From: Callorhinchus milii
Lineage: Eukaryota
NCBI RefSeq assembly: GCF_018977255.1
Contig: NW_024704742.1
Span: 78,308,001-78,372,000 of the forward strand
Direction: 5' to 3'
DNA length: 64,000 nucleotides
Position numbers and translations under genes: made by a program. Positions 48,973 through 62,212 of the stretch are shown piece after piece. Position 1 is the stretch's first letter; the number at the start of each line of letters is the position of its first letter. Under the pieces are notes generated by a model. It worked only from the letters and a program-made list of their open reading frames with translations, searched no databases and was not told the origin of the DNA.

Positions 48973-51484
48973 TTGTTTTTGTAAAGAGGCTGCTATCAAA
49001 TGTGCATTCATCATACCAATACACCAGAATCTAAGTGCTACTGTGACTGACAAGGAGAGACATTACCTCCACTAGACTTGCTGCATGTAATAACTAAGCC
49101 AATTTCTCAGCCTACTTGAAAAATGGAAGCAATTGTCAACAGTAATCCACTGGAGTGCTGAGCTCAGGACAAACATGTTTTCCATCTGTCATGCCACTGC
49201 TGTTCGAGTACTGAAACTAATGTTTTTTGGCTGTTGTCAACAGGATTCACTGTGATCTGGACCTATCTTTTTTGTTATTGGTGACACAGTAACTAATGAC
49301 ACACCCAGTTAAGTTACTCAATCAGAATACTGTACATTCTTTAAGAAACAAAGGATGAAAAAGACAGAAGATTGCACAACTGGTGTAGCCTTATCTGAAA
49401 CTCACAACAGGCCAACATATTATCAGTCTTTTCCTGGTTTTCCTTATGGATCCTTGTTGTTCTCTTCCTTCTGATCAGTTTCTAAATGTTTTGCTGTATA
49501 TAACTTGAATAACAACAACAACAGCAACTTGCAGTCATATAGCGCCCTTCACGCAGGTAGCATCTCGGAGTGCTTAAGTGAAAACAAACCAAGCAAAGTA
49601 ATACCAGTCAGACAGGAATTCCTGTGTGTAAAGCGCTCTAATATATGCCAATAGCGAAAAATACTGATCATCTTCTCTCATGTCAACTTGGCTCAGATAG
49701 TAGCTACCGGGGTTGCATGGAGAGGCTAAATTGATCTTGGCCTTTCCAGGTTTATTGAGGGAGAAAAACAGGGGATTATTGAGGGGAGATCAGACTTGGC
49801 TGTGACACACTCTGCAGTTGAGTGGCCCTATTGACACTGAATGCTGATGCTCACACTTGGACCAATAACCAATGGGGTGGGGGGAAATCTGCCAGAGGAC
49901 AAACAGCTCCCATGGGACCACACCACAGCAAGGGGTGACCAGACCCGGAGCAGAGAGGCACAGAGGGCTTCAGAAAATTAGAAAAATAAATGGACACACT
50001 GAATTTATTCAAAAAAGTAAAGATCTGAGTTTGGCAAATTGTTAATAGCAGAATTGTAACATTCTGAGTTTCATCATCAATGAAAACTCTCATCTGTTTT
50101 GGGTATCAAAAGGTTGATTCAAACACTAATCAATAACTGAAAGAATTTTGCATAAAACATACCTGATGGATCTAATGGTGTGTGCAGTGACTTTTCTGCA
50201 ATGAGAGGAACATGTCTGATATATTTAAGCAGGACCATAAATTATATGAATATTTATTTCACTGAGACCAATGCAGTCTAATGGCTCCATAATGACTACT
50301 GTGACCTGTATCACTGCAGGCAAAGTCTAGTTGTGCAATGAGTTGTATAGGAACATTGATTGTGTATAAGGAGTTGGTCAATTGACTCTGTGGTGATTGT
50401 GTTTTATGGCAGTGTGATGTGTGCATGTGATGGGCTGAATGGATGTCGCAGAGACTGTGAGGAGCAGTAATGTACAGTTGGGACTCTAGCTTAGTGGTTT
50501 GAGGACTGTCAGTGGCTGATCACCCTGTTGTAAAGGGTTCAGTGTGTGGTCTGCTGGCAACAGTACACTCAGCAAAAATGAGCTGAAAAATCAAAAGTTC
50601 AGTCATAATTATCACCTTGTCAGACATTCTGCTCTGGCTCATGTCCAAATCAATAAATGGGAATGTTTCTTCTGTGTCATGCAATGACTGGGCTCAAAGC
50701 TGCTTGTGGCAAATATTGTGTCTTTGAACCTTCTGCCACAAACTTCCACAATGTCTTTTACATAGAATAACATCTCAAAGTGTTTCACAGAGATGAACTG
50801 GGAGTCAGAGCCGGATTCGAGGCACCTATAGAGGGAGTGGTGGGAGAGAAGGTGGGAGGCGATGACCCGTTCCAGAACCTTGAAAGGAAAGGAAGATTAG
50901 AAATGGGGTAATAGTTGGAAAGCATATGGAGAGATGCAGTAAAGATTTCTGGGGCGGGGCAGGGCGGGGTGGGGGGAGGTGGGGCGGGGTGATGACAGTG
51001 GATAGGAGGTTCTGTGTCAGTGAGAGGACATCAAACACAAATAATGAGATTCATTTGCACAGGGAATTAGTAGAGCAGGGGAACTTTCCATACTGTGCTG
51101 AATGCAAATTATACTGCTGCCATTTCCTCAGCAATCAAATTGGTAACTTGTTCTGAAAAGTTAATTGGACCCATAGTGGAAGCTGACATTCATCGTCACC
51201 CATCATATTATGATAGCTGTAAGCGTCTATATGAGGAGAGACTGAACCTGCCAGCAGCCAGCAGTATCTTTTGTCGGGGAGATCCTGAAGAAAGTGGTCA
51301 GCTGCATGCTCCAGAGGATACTGGAAAAAAATAAGTGATGTGTAGCAGAGCATGAAAGGAACAGTAGCTACATGCTTAGAAACAAAATGCTCTCTAAGCT
51401 TTAAAAGTGATTCAATCACCTGATCTCAGCTGGAGCAAACACCCCATCCATATCAATGACGGGCACACCCTTCCATTCAAGAAC

Positions 51485-51746
51485 CATCAGCCTTCAGCCA
51501 CTCTGCTCCCTACCTCTGGAATTCCATCTCCCAGTCACTCCGCCTTGCCCTCTCCTTAGCCTCCTTCAAGTCCCGCCTCAAGACCCTCCTCTTCGACCAT
51601 GCTATCGGCCATCCCCTCCCCTCCCTTCCCTCCCCCAACCCCAGCTCGGGTCTGAAATGCTGTACTCTGTCCAGTGACTTGGGACGTCCTCCCGACTTGA
51701 AAGGCGCTATACAAATGTAATTGTGTTGTTATTGTTGTTGTTGTTG
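51485..51746 (+). mobile_element. L2 3' end
   Basis: gccttcagcc..ctctggaattcc..gggacgtcctcccgac..(gtt)n. Confidence 0.9.
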
Positions 51747-51808
51747 ACATCTGTGTGTCTGTGAGTCTGTCTAAATCTGTATGCATGTATGTGTGCATGC
51801 ATGCATAT

Positions 51809-52550
51809 TCACCTCCGGAATATCGCCAGATTACGGCACTACCTCACCCCTCACGCCGCTGAAACCCTGGTTCACGCCTTTGTCACCTCAAGGCTGGACT
51901 ATGGGAACTCTCTCCTCGCCGGCCTTCCCGCCACCTCCCTCCACAAGCTGCAGGTCATTCAGAACTCTGCAGCTCGTGTACTGTCCCGCACCAGGCTTCG
52001 CGACCACATCACTCCCACCCTCGCTCGCCTCCACTGGCTCCCCATCCCCCAGAGGATTGATTTCAAGATCCTCATCCTCACCTACAAGGCCATTCACGGC
52101 CTTGCTCCCTCCTACCTCTCCAACCTACTATCCCCCTACCTACCTGCCCGTACCCTCCGTTCCTCTGGCTCCGGTCTGCTCCACGTCCCCCGCCCCAACC
52201 GCCCTACTATCGGTGGTCGGGCCTTCAGCCTCTCAGCCCCCAGGCTCTGGAACTCCATCCCCCAGTGCCTTCGCCGCTTCCTCCCTTTCCTCCTTCAAGG
52301 CCGGTCTCAAAACCTTTCTCTTTGACCGTGCCTTCAGCTCCCTCTCGACTCTCTTCCTCCTCCTCGCTCCCTCCCTTCCCTCCCCTCACCCTGACCATTT
52401 CCCCCCTCCTCTCTCCCTCCCTTCCCTCCCCTCACCCTGACCATTTCCCCCCTGCTCGGGTCATGACCCAACTGTGCAGCGCCTTGGGACGTCCTCCTGA
52501 CGTGAAAGGCGCTCTATAAATGGAATCTTGTTGTTGTTGTTGTTGTTGTT
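51809..52550 (+). mobile_element. Young L2 LINE, 5'-truncated
   Basis: ORF 51789-52325 HLRNIARLRHYL..GGRAFSLSAPRLWNSIP; (GTT)n tail. Confidence 0.97.
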
Positions 52551-52629
52551 GAGTGTGTGTCTGTACGGCAGGGAGGGGGATGGTTTATGGTCTCTGTGGG
52601 TGTATATGTGTGTATGTGTGTCTGTGTAA

Positions 52630-53399
52630 AATACAATACAATACAAAATTACATTTGTAGAGCAAATTCATGTCGGGAGGACATCCCAAGGCACTGGACA
52701 GTCAGGGATTTTGGAGCCTAGCAGGGCGTCGGGGACAAGGAGGATGGCCGAAGGCTCAGTTGAAGAGGAGTGTTTTGAGATGCGCCTTGAAGGAGGCAAG
52801 AGAGGTGGTGAGGCGAAAGGAATGTGGGATGGTGTTCCATAGGGTGGGGGCAGAAAAGCTAAAGGCCCGACCGCCAATGGTGGGGCGAGCCGGGCGGGGG
52901 AAATGGAGCAGGCCACAGCCTGCTGAGCGAAGGGAGCGGACAAGTTGTTATGGGGTCAGAGCCATGGAGGGCCTTGAAGGCAAGGATGAGGATTTTGAAC
53001 TCTATCTTCTGAGGGATGGAAAGCCAGTGGAGTAAGGCAATGGTGGGGATGAATGGGTCACAGAGTTTGATGCGGGGGAGGACCTGAGCTGCAGAGTTCT
53101 GAACGATCTGCAGCTTGTGGAGGGAAGAGTTGGGGAGGCCAACAAGCAGGGAGTTAGCATAGTTGAGCCTAGATGTGACTGCGTGGTTGAGGGTTTTGGC
53201 AGCCTGAGGGGTGAGGCAGTGGTGGAGTCGGGCAAAGTTGCGAAGGTGGTGGAAGGCAGAGTGGGTCATGGCATGGATGTGGGGTAGAAAGGACAGTTGA
53301 GGGTCAAACAACATGCCAAAGTTTCAGACTGGCTCAGTGAGGTGGAGTGTGCATCCCTGGATGGTGATGCTGTCATTGCCTGAGGTGTGGAGGCGCTGG
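52630..53399 (-). mobile_element. L2 3' fragment (TATTG-type tail)
   Basis: Peptide [28 protein letters not shown]. Confidence 0.95.
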
Positions 53400-54645
53400 C
53401 AACAACAACAATAAAATTACATCTTTATCGCACCTTTCACGTTGGGAGAACGTCCCAAGGTGCTGGACAGTCAGTGTTTCAGTCCCGAGCTGGGGGTCGG
53501 GGTGGGTGGAGGAGGGTGGAGAGCAGGGGGAAAGCAGGATGATCGAAAGCACGGTTGAAGAGGAGGGTCTTGAGATGGGTCTTGAAGGAGGCAAGATAGG
53601 GAGGAACTGCGGGATGGAGTTCCAGAGGGTGGGGAAAAAGTGGCAAAATGCCTGCCCACCAAAGGTAGGGTGGGCGAGGTGGGGGACGTGAAGCAGGCCT
53701 GAGCCCACTGAGCGGAGGGAGCAGGTAGGATGGTGGGGGTTAGGAGGTCGCAGAGGTAGGAGGGCGGAAGGCCATGGAGGGCTTTGAAGGTGAGAACCAG
53801 GATGTTGAACTGTATTTTCTCTGTGATGGGAAGCCAGTGGAGTCGGGCGAGGATGGAGGTAATAGGGCCTTGGAGCCTGGTGCTGGAAAGGACCCGGGCT
53901 GCAGAGTTATGGATGATTTGCAACCTATGGAGGGAGAAGTTGGGGAGGCCAACAAGCAAGGAGTTTGCATAGTCAAGCCTCGATGTTAGAAATGAGTGTA
54001 TGAGGGTTTCGGCGGGCTGGGGTGTGAAAAAGTGCCAGCGCCAAGTGTTGTTGCGGAGGTGGGGGAAGGCAGAGCGGGTCATGGCATGGATGTGGGGTAG
54101 AAAGGATAGTTGAGGGTCAAACAAGACGTCAAGGTTCCGACTGGCTTAGTAAGGTGGAGTGTGCAACCATGGATGATGATGCTGTCTGAAGTCAAGGGTG
54201 GAGGCAGAGAAGTACAGTTGGGTGTCATTCATATACATGTGGAAGTTGACCCTGTGTCTGTGGATGATATCATCAAAAGGGAGCATATAGATATTGAAGA
54301 GAAGGGGACCAAGGACAGAGCCCTGAGTAATGCTGTACAAGACGTTGCGGGGGCTAGAGAGTGTAGAGTTTGTGGAGATGAAGTTGAGATGGTGTGAGAG
54401 GTACGATCTAAACCAGTCAAGGACAGAACTGTGAAGGTTGAGGTAAGAGGAGAGGCGGTGGATGAGGATAGAGTGGTCAACGGTGTCAAAGGCAGCAGAG
54501 AGGTCAAGGAGGATGAGGAGGCAGAGGGATCCCTGGTCGCAGATGGACAGAATGTCATTTGTTACTTTGACCAAAGCTGTTTATGTGCTGTGGGTGCACG
54601 TAAACCAGATTGGAGGGGTTCATGAAGGGAGTGGCGGGAGAGGAA
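53400..54645 (-). mobile_element. L2 fragment with RT core
   Basis: Peptides LILLDLSAAFDTVDH, QGSVLGPLLFNIYM, TSRLDYANSLLVGLP. Confidence 0.95.
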
Positions 54646-55907
54646 GGAGCGATCCTGGAAATGCTGCCCCTGTTGGTCTCAAGTCCCTGATATTTTCGTT
54701 GTTAGAGAATACAACTGGTACTGTGTTGAACCCAATTTTGTCAAAATCATTGGAACAAAGTAACCATTGAATCTTGCCCTGTGAATACGGGTTTCATTGC
54801 CTGTTTGCGGAATATCATCTTAAATCAGTTTCTAAAGTATTTTCATTTTAAATCTGTCTTCTAGCTCAAGGAAACAGGGAAATTGCTTTGTTGCAGAAAG
54901 CTCAAAGAAACTGATTGTAAAGTCATTACAATAGTACTGAACTTGCAAGCAGGTCATAGGTATCTTTTTGTCTGCATTTGTGTTTTATTTTTCAATCTCC
55001 TGTTATAACTTTTGCTGCATCTCAAATATCTCAAGAATTTCATGCTGAAAGTCTGGATTCAATGGGTTTATTAACCTAAAATAAGTTGTGAAAGTAATTT
55101 AACAATGCTCATTTTCATGGGAGCATTTGTAACTGTTGTAAATAGCTCTCTATGGGCTGGAATTTCCAGGGTGGATACTGGAAGTATTTGATTTCACAGT
55201 TGATTTACCAGCCAGTTCATATCACCTTCCTGATGGCACCCAGATTGGCAGTCTTTGTAGCAAGGTGAACGGAAGGATGACCCTGTGCCCATGTTCAGCT
55301 TTTGCTAAATTGGAAATAGATGTAGCCTAAATAAATAATAATCCTTCTACAATAACAACATGGTCACTGATAGTGCAGCTTGGGGTTTGGGGAAGGTGCA
55401 GAAGGTCTGAGCCGGCCAAATGAAGAAAGTGTGTAGAAAAATAGGATGTGAACAGGTTGGTAAAATAGGGAGGTTCCAGGGCATGAAGTGTTTGTGAGGA
55501 TTGTAAATGGGTATGACGATCTTAAAATCAATTTGTTTTACAACAGGTTAATGCATGTGCAAAGTCTTAAGCAGATGAGGAGATCATTGGAAACATCTAT
55601 CTTTGAGATGACACAGGGTTTAAATAGCAGTGGAGCAGAAGCAGGGATGTGAGATGGCAATATTCTGAACGTGGAAGAAGATGATCTTAGCAATGGAGCC
55701 AGATGTAGGGTTTGAAATTTAGCTCAAAGTGAAACAGAGACAAAGTTATGCACCATCTGATTCAGCCTGTGCAAAGAGCTAGGAAAGGTGCTGGAATCAG
55801 AGCCAGAGGTATGACGTTGCTGGAGATAACCAAACAAGATAGATTCAGTCGAGTTGAAATTCAGGGATGGAATATTATATTTTAATGTTCCAAGACATGA
55901 TGTCAGA

Positions 55908-56430
55908 AACAACAATAACAAATTGCATTTATATAGTGCCCTGCATGCACAGAATAGGGTTTCAGAGTGCTTAACAGTGATGTTATTTGATGCTGAACCG
56001 GGGAGAGAGGGGAGATGACTATCAAAGAGGATGTTCTTCAGGTGTGATCTGAAGAGGGGCAAAGGAGGGGGCAAAGTGGAGGGATTGAAATTGAGAGTTC
56101 CATAGTTTCGTGGTATAGTGGCTTGAAGCATGGCCGCCAAAAGTGGACTGGAGGGGATGAAGGATGTGCAGGAAGCTGGAGCAGGCTGACCAGAGGTCCG
56201 GGTAGTGGAGTGGAGTATAAGCAGGTTGGAGAGGTAGGGAGGTGTTACAGCATTAGGTGATTTGAGGGTGAGAATCTTGAAATCAATCCTTTCTGCAGTG
56301 GGGAGCCAGTGGAGTCCGGCAAGTATTGGAATAATGGAGGTGCGGAGTTTGGTACGGGTGAGGATATGTGCTGCGCAGATTTAAATTAATTGGATTTTAT
56401 CAGTGGTGGAGCTGGGGAGACTGGTGAGAA
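55908..56430 (-). mobile_element. Old L2 3' fragment
   Basis: Tail plus LHWLP/IDFKIL-like sequence. Confidence 0.75.
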
Positions 56431-57929
56431 AGACTGCCAGTTAGATCAGCAACAGTCTTAAACTTAAAGGCGATGGCAAAGAGTTGGTTATGATCAGCAT
56501 ATGGATGGAGAGAACATTTGAAAATGCTCTCATCTTTCTGCTCTGACCCATATAGAAGTCTGGGTCACTGCTGTACAATACTCTAGCATGGCACAATATC
56601 ATCAAAAGACTACATTAATCAAGCTTTTTACGGCTGAGTGATTGCCTTTTCATTAAAGCAGCAAAGCAATAAGCAGATCTAATGGTGCAAAAGTACACCC
56701 GCCATCTCGCCACTAAAGTTGTTATTCTTTGACTTTTCTAATCAACTGTGTGCTTTGATCTCTCAAAGTTATTAAGCGGGCATTTCTAACATAAATACCC
56801 AAGGGTAGCATTCGCTGGCAAGAACAAGACAAAGATTTTTTTTCCCTAGGAATACAATTACTTAAACATATATTGTGGTGCTTCCACAACATTTAAGCCA
56901 AGCAACGCTGGTTTGAAAATTCATATTTTAATTATGCAAATGGAAGCCTACTTTTATTACAGATTAAAAGATGAGAGTTTATCAGTGACCTGCTGAGTGT
57001 TTTCTACTTCACATTGATATTTCATGCTTCTACACAGCAACAATAATTGCACCATATACTGCATGTTCAATCCTCATGCGAGAGGAAGATTATTTAGATG
57101 GAGTTTGTTGTCAATATTAATATTGTACATATTGTATTGTAAAAAACTGAAAATATAAATCTACAATGTCCTAAAATAACAATGATAACATGAAAACAAT
57201 TATATGAATCCATTAAAGGTGTTTAAAATTATCAAAAGGTATATGAAGTGGACATAAATTAGCTATTTCCATTTGTTGGTGAGTTCATAACAGGAGGCAT
57301 AATATAGCAAGGTCAGTAGCAGGTCTAAATGAGGGTTTACATAGAAGGTGACAAGAATGTGGATCTCACTATAAGAATCTGTGGTTGAAGCAGAACATTT
57401 TGACACAATAGGTGATGCATTTAATGCAAGCAGTCTTATGATGAAGAATGGTATGGTGGGTATTCTGGAGGGGTGAAGTGAAGGGCCTCCTTCATCCAAA
57501 CCAAACTTGTGATCTTGTTAATGTATTTAAGAGGAAAATCAAGGCATGTACAAAGGGGAAGGGAATAAAAGGTATGAGAGAGGAGATTAGAATGGCTGGC
57601 TCATATGAAGCATAAAATATGAAGCACAAGCATGGTTAGTAAGGCTGAATGACTTGTTTTGGTACTGTACAACCTATGTAATTCTATATAATCTTGTCCT
57701 ATAAATGATTGCTCCGCCTTACATTCTGATCTTTCAAATCATAACCTTCTTATTCTAACTCATTCTTTCTCAAGATTTTAAGACGTGATATGATTTGCTT
57801 CTTCAACTTTATTCTTCCTCCTACAGGTTTCAAAACCAGGCCGCAGGCGGCATGTGTTGATTCTTAAATCAAAACATTGTTAATTCATGTGATGTGTTAA
57901 TTAACACCCATAGTGGTACATACTTGTTT

Positions 57930-58553
57930 GAACATACTTGGGAATTGGGCAAATCGATGGCAGATGAAATTCAATGTGGAGAAATGTAAAGTACTTCACA
58001 TAGGCCCAAATAATCCTGGAAGGGACTATTATTTGAACGGAAGGAAAGTAATATGTATTGAAAATGTAAAGGAACTTGGGGTCCTGATTGACAATAAAGT
58101 GAAGCTCTCCCAACAATGCTCTGTGGCAGTAAGTAAAGCAAACCAGATGTTGGGATGTATCAAAAGATCAATAGCAAGTCGAAATAGTGGGGTAATCCTG
58201 CCACTGTATAAATCATTGGTGAGACAATACTTAGAGTACTGTGTACAGTTCTGGTCACCACAGTACAAAAAGGATATTGGAGAAATTGAGAAGATACAGA
58301 GAAGGGCAACCAAAATGATTGAGGGAATGGAAGGACTGGACTATGAGGAACAATTAAGTAAATTGGGGATGTTCATGCTGGAAAAGAGAAGATTGAGAGG
58401 CGATATGATTGCTGTCTTTAAGATTCTAAAGGGGCAAGACAATATAGATCATGACAGGCTGTTTCAACTTGTCCAGAATAGTAAAACCAGAGGACACAGC
58501 CTGCGATTGAAGCAGGGTAAATTCAGGACACATCTCTGCAAACACTATTTCAG
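57930..58553 (+). mobile_element. CR1 LINE ORF2 C-terminal fragment (open frame 57913-58614)
   Basis: WANRWQMKFNVEKCKVLH, LYKSLVRQYLEYCVQFWSP, KRRLRGDMIAVFKIL, KTRGH. Confidence 0.95.
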
Positions 58554-58851
58554 TGACCTCAAGTCTCTGTTGTATATCCAAATAAACCAGACTGGAAAAG
58601 CTCACCAGGTCTAGACTTGCACTATTTTCTTAGCATTTCAGAGGCTGCATTCTTCAATACAGCCTTCAAATCAAGCTATTTTTGTTAGTTATTTTAAGAA
58701 CTGCAGAAAACTGGATTCATTTTAAGTCTCCACTGAAGAATTTGCCAAATATGGAAGTATAAGTTCTGTACTTCCATTGTTGTATGTTTATGGTAAATGA
58801 CCCATAAAGAGATCGCCTTACAGGGTAGACAAACAGTGAACATTTTACGAT

Positions 58852-59212
58852 GATAATAATAATCTCTACATTTGGAAAAGCACCTTTCACATCAGGAGAA
58901 TGTCCCAAAGCGCTTCACATGAAATGCTGTAAAGTACAATACCTGTGTGTTTTGTGGGTGAACGCAGCAACCAATTTGCATATAGCAATGGTCCACAAAC
59001 AGTCATAAAGTGAATGACCAATTTTATTTGGGGGATTGTTTTTGCGAATAGTGTCACGGGATCTTTAATGTCTACCTGAACAGGCAAATGGGCCTTGGTT
59101 TAATGCCTTATCCAAAGAACAGCATCTCTGAATTGTAGCATAACCCTAAGCACTGTATTGGGAGTGTCAGCTTTGACCATGTGAGTTCCAAGTCCCGACG
59201 TGTGTCTTGAAA
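58852..59212 (-). mobile_element. Old DeuSINE
   Basis: Tail; gggatctttaatgtctacctgaacagg core; gagtgtcagc. Confidence 0.8.
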
Positions 59213-59349
59213 CATTAATAGATTAATAATAATAATTCTTACATTTATTATAGTACCTTTCACATCAGGAGGATGTCCCAAAGACCTTCACAGGATATAC
59301 TATCAATTTCATTGATTGAAAAAGCATACATACATACACATCATCGAAT

Positions 59350-59575
59350 TTATGTATAAAACTCTCTTCCCATTAGGAAGGAGAGGAATAATTGAAATGT
59401 TAAGAATGTTATATTGGCTTTCAAGAGGGAATTAGATAAATACCTTTTTAAAAAAAAGTCAACAACGAGGGGTGTAATGGGAAAGGGCAGGTAAATGGGA
59501 CTGAAAGAATTGCTCTTGAGGGAGCCAGCCCACACACGATAGACCAATTGACCTTCTTCTTCTATGGTTCTATAT
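59350..59575 (+). mobile_element. CR1 3' end fragment
   Basis: ttcaagagggaattagataaatac..gggaaagggcagg..ccttcttct..ggttcta. Confidence 0.65.
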
Positions 59576-60899
59576 AGGCACATTCGCAGAAACTAATCCC
59601 AATAAAACAATTGCAAATCACATTTGTTTGCCATATAAACCACACCAAGTGAAGTTGTTATACAAATAGACAGATGCAGACATTCTCCAAAATGGGCTCA
59701 AGAACATTGCAGTGATGGAAATTATGACAGGCTTACTACAAATAATGTGATCTTTAGTGTACTGTGACACGGTGGATGTCCAGCAGTTCTTTGAAGATTC
59801 AGATCTGTTTTCTCCAACAAGCACTGATAAAAGATGTTGTAGGCACAACTTGTTTGTTTACCAGAGTCATAAAGCAATGTCCAAGTAATTCAACTGTGAA
59901 GGATGTTGTAAATTAAATAGATGTGACTGTAGCCTGAACAAAAGGGTCACTTGAGGGAGTTTATATTGGTGATAAGCTTCAGGTTGTAGGCAACAAAATG
60001 ATGCTGAGAAGGTTAGTTTCTCTTTACCTCAGCCAGCTACTCCATGGTGCTGCTGCCTGGAACCATCCAAAACACCACCACTTGCCACATACATGAACCC
60101 AGTTCTTGCCTGTCATCCCTGGCTCTCAGAAGATCGATATCAGGACCATCTCCAGCACTGATAAATCTAACCACGCCGCCCCCTTCTTATCTCTACAAAA
60201 TCTTCCTACCCAACTTCTCCACTTGCCCCCTCCACTTAGCTAATTTGGCCTTGCAGAGCGTCTCCCACCATCAGTGGTCAAGCCTTGAGTTCCTACATCC
60301 TTATCCTCTGGAATTCCCTCCCTTTATTACTCCATCTTGCCCCCCCCACCCTTCCCTTCTCAGTCTCTTTCTGTGATCAAGTTCTGCTTGAAGTGCTACC
60401 TCTTCAAGTGTGCTGACATGGGCCTTGAACCCATGTATGACCTTCTGACTCAGATGAAGGAGTGCTACCAACTGAGCCACACTGACACAGGAGGTCTGAC
60501 AGCACTCAATGCTGCATTTGTTACTTAATGCGTCCTAACTAGATAAAAGCATTCCCTATACGAGCCTAATTCTTATTTATGCAAAAACTAGTCCATATTC
60601 CAGAATGAGTGCCAAGCAAGCAAAAGAACAACCAAACTCTGATACGCTGATTTAGAAAGGGGAGGTCAATGTCACTCCTTGTACCTCAGGCTTTTATTTG
60701 AAATATCAGATAACATCAAAGTCCTTGGAATACATTAAACCTGAATTACTCAAGCAAAACGACAATTAATTCAAGACAAAACCTTTTAATTTGATGGGTG
60801 TTTTGTTTTACATAATTGTTTTTGACTGGAGTAAAACGAAAGAGTCCCATTCAGCAGCCTATTCTGTTGACTCAAGGCTGTAAATCAGCATGAAAGCAG

Positions 60900-61340
60900 A
60901 AAACAACAAAGACAACTTGCATTAATATAGTGCACTTCCTGTGGCGTAGCATTCTGGAGTGCTTGATAGTGGCGGAGTCTGACAATGAGCCAGTGGAAGA
61001 GGGAGTTGACCGTAAGCACGATCCAAAAGGAAGGTCTTTAGGTGGGATTTCAAGGAAGGGAGGGGGCAGGGCGGAGGAATTGAGGGAGACAGTTCCACAG
61101 TTTCTGGGTGTAGTGGCTGAAGGCACTGATGCTGGAGGGAAGGTGACGAGGGACAATAGGAGGCCGAAGCCAGCCAAACGGAGGCAGCGGGTGGTGGAGT
61201 GGGGGGTAAGCAGGTCGGATAGGTAGGGAGGTGCGAGGGCATGAAGAGATTTGAAAACAAGTGAGAGGATCTTGAAATCGATCCATTCAGTGACTGGAAC
61301 CAGTGGAGCCTGGCAAGGACTGGTGTGATGGGGGGCCTGC
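60900..61340 (-). mobile_element. Old L2 3' fragment
   Basis: Peptides [11 protein letters not shown] and IDFKILSLVFKSLHALAPPYLSDLL. Confidence 0.85.
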
Positions 61341-61619
61341 TTGTATGCAGTGTTAAGGTTGATTTCTGACAGCAAGCACCAAACCACAGTGAGAGGCTAC
61401 CTTGATACCTAAATGTGAAATCAGACACAAACACAATAGGAGGCTCAATATTAACTGCTGTATAATAGTGGGCTGCTGGTCAGTATCTCCTGAATGTCCA
61501 GTATCTCCTGAATATACTTTGTTTCTCTCTAGAAATCCTTAAGTGTTTTTTTCAGCAATATCGTTCAATAACTGTTGCTCTAAACACTTCTTTTAAAATT
61601 AATTCTAATAATACAACAG

Positions 61620-62190
61620 CAATGCTGAGGGATTGAGGGAGAGTATTCCTGAGTTTTGGGGCACAGTGGCTGAATGTGCGACCTCCAATGGTGGAGCGGA
61701 GGGCGTGAGGGACAAGCACGAGGCTGGTGCCAGTCGAGCAGAGGCGCCGCGTGATTGATTGGAAAGTGAGAAAGTCGGAGGGGTAGGGAGTGAAGGGATT
61801 TGAACACGAGTGTGAGGATCTTGAAGTCAATCTGTTCAGTGATAGGGAGCCAGTGGAGCCTGGCCAGAACTGGTGAGATGAGGGTATGGAGCTTAGTCCG
61901 GGTCAGTATGCGGTCGGCAGAGTTTTGAATGAGCTGGGGGTTTTGAATAGTAGAACTGGGGAGACCGGCGAGGAGTGGGTTTAAATAATCCAGGCGGGAG
62001 GTGACAAACACATGCACAAGGGTTTCAGTGCATTTGGGGTAAGGAATGGTCAAAGGCAGGCAAAGTGCCAGAGGTGGAGAAAAGTGGTCCTGGTCAGGGA
62101 CAAGATGTGGGGGAGGAAGGACAGCTGGGTTTCGAACTGGATGCCTAGATTGCGCACAGGCCTGAAGGAGAGCCTGGGGAAGTTGAGGAG
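61620..62190 (-). mobile_element. Old L2 fragment
   Basis: Peptide [35 protein letters not shown]. Confidence 0.9.
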
Positions 62191-62212
62191 TTCAGATCCA
62201 CAGACTCTGCTA

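Noticed and set aside
50950..50990. GC-box/G-quadruplex run as a promoter
   Set aside because: No CpG island or gene start nearby; probably low-complexity sequence in a degraded repeat
51248..51320. Possible minus-strand exon (YPLEHAADHFLQDLPDKRYCWLLA)
   Set aside because: Plausible acceptor but weak donor (gttcag) and unrecognised peptide
57913..58614. 233-aa ORF as a host gene
   Set aside because: CR1 ORF2 C-terminal fragment truncated at both ends
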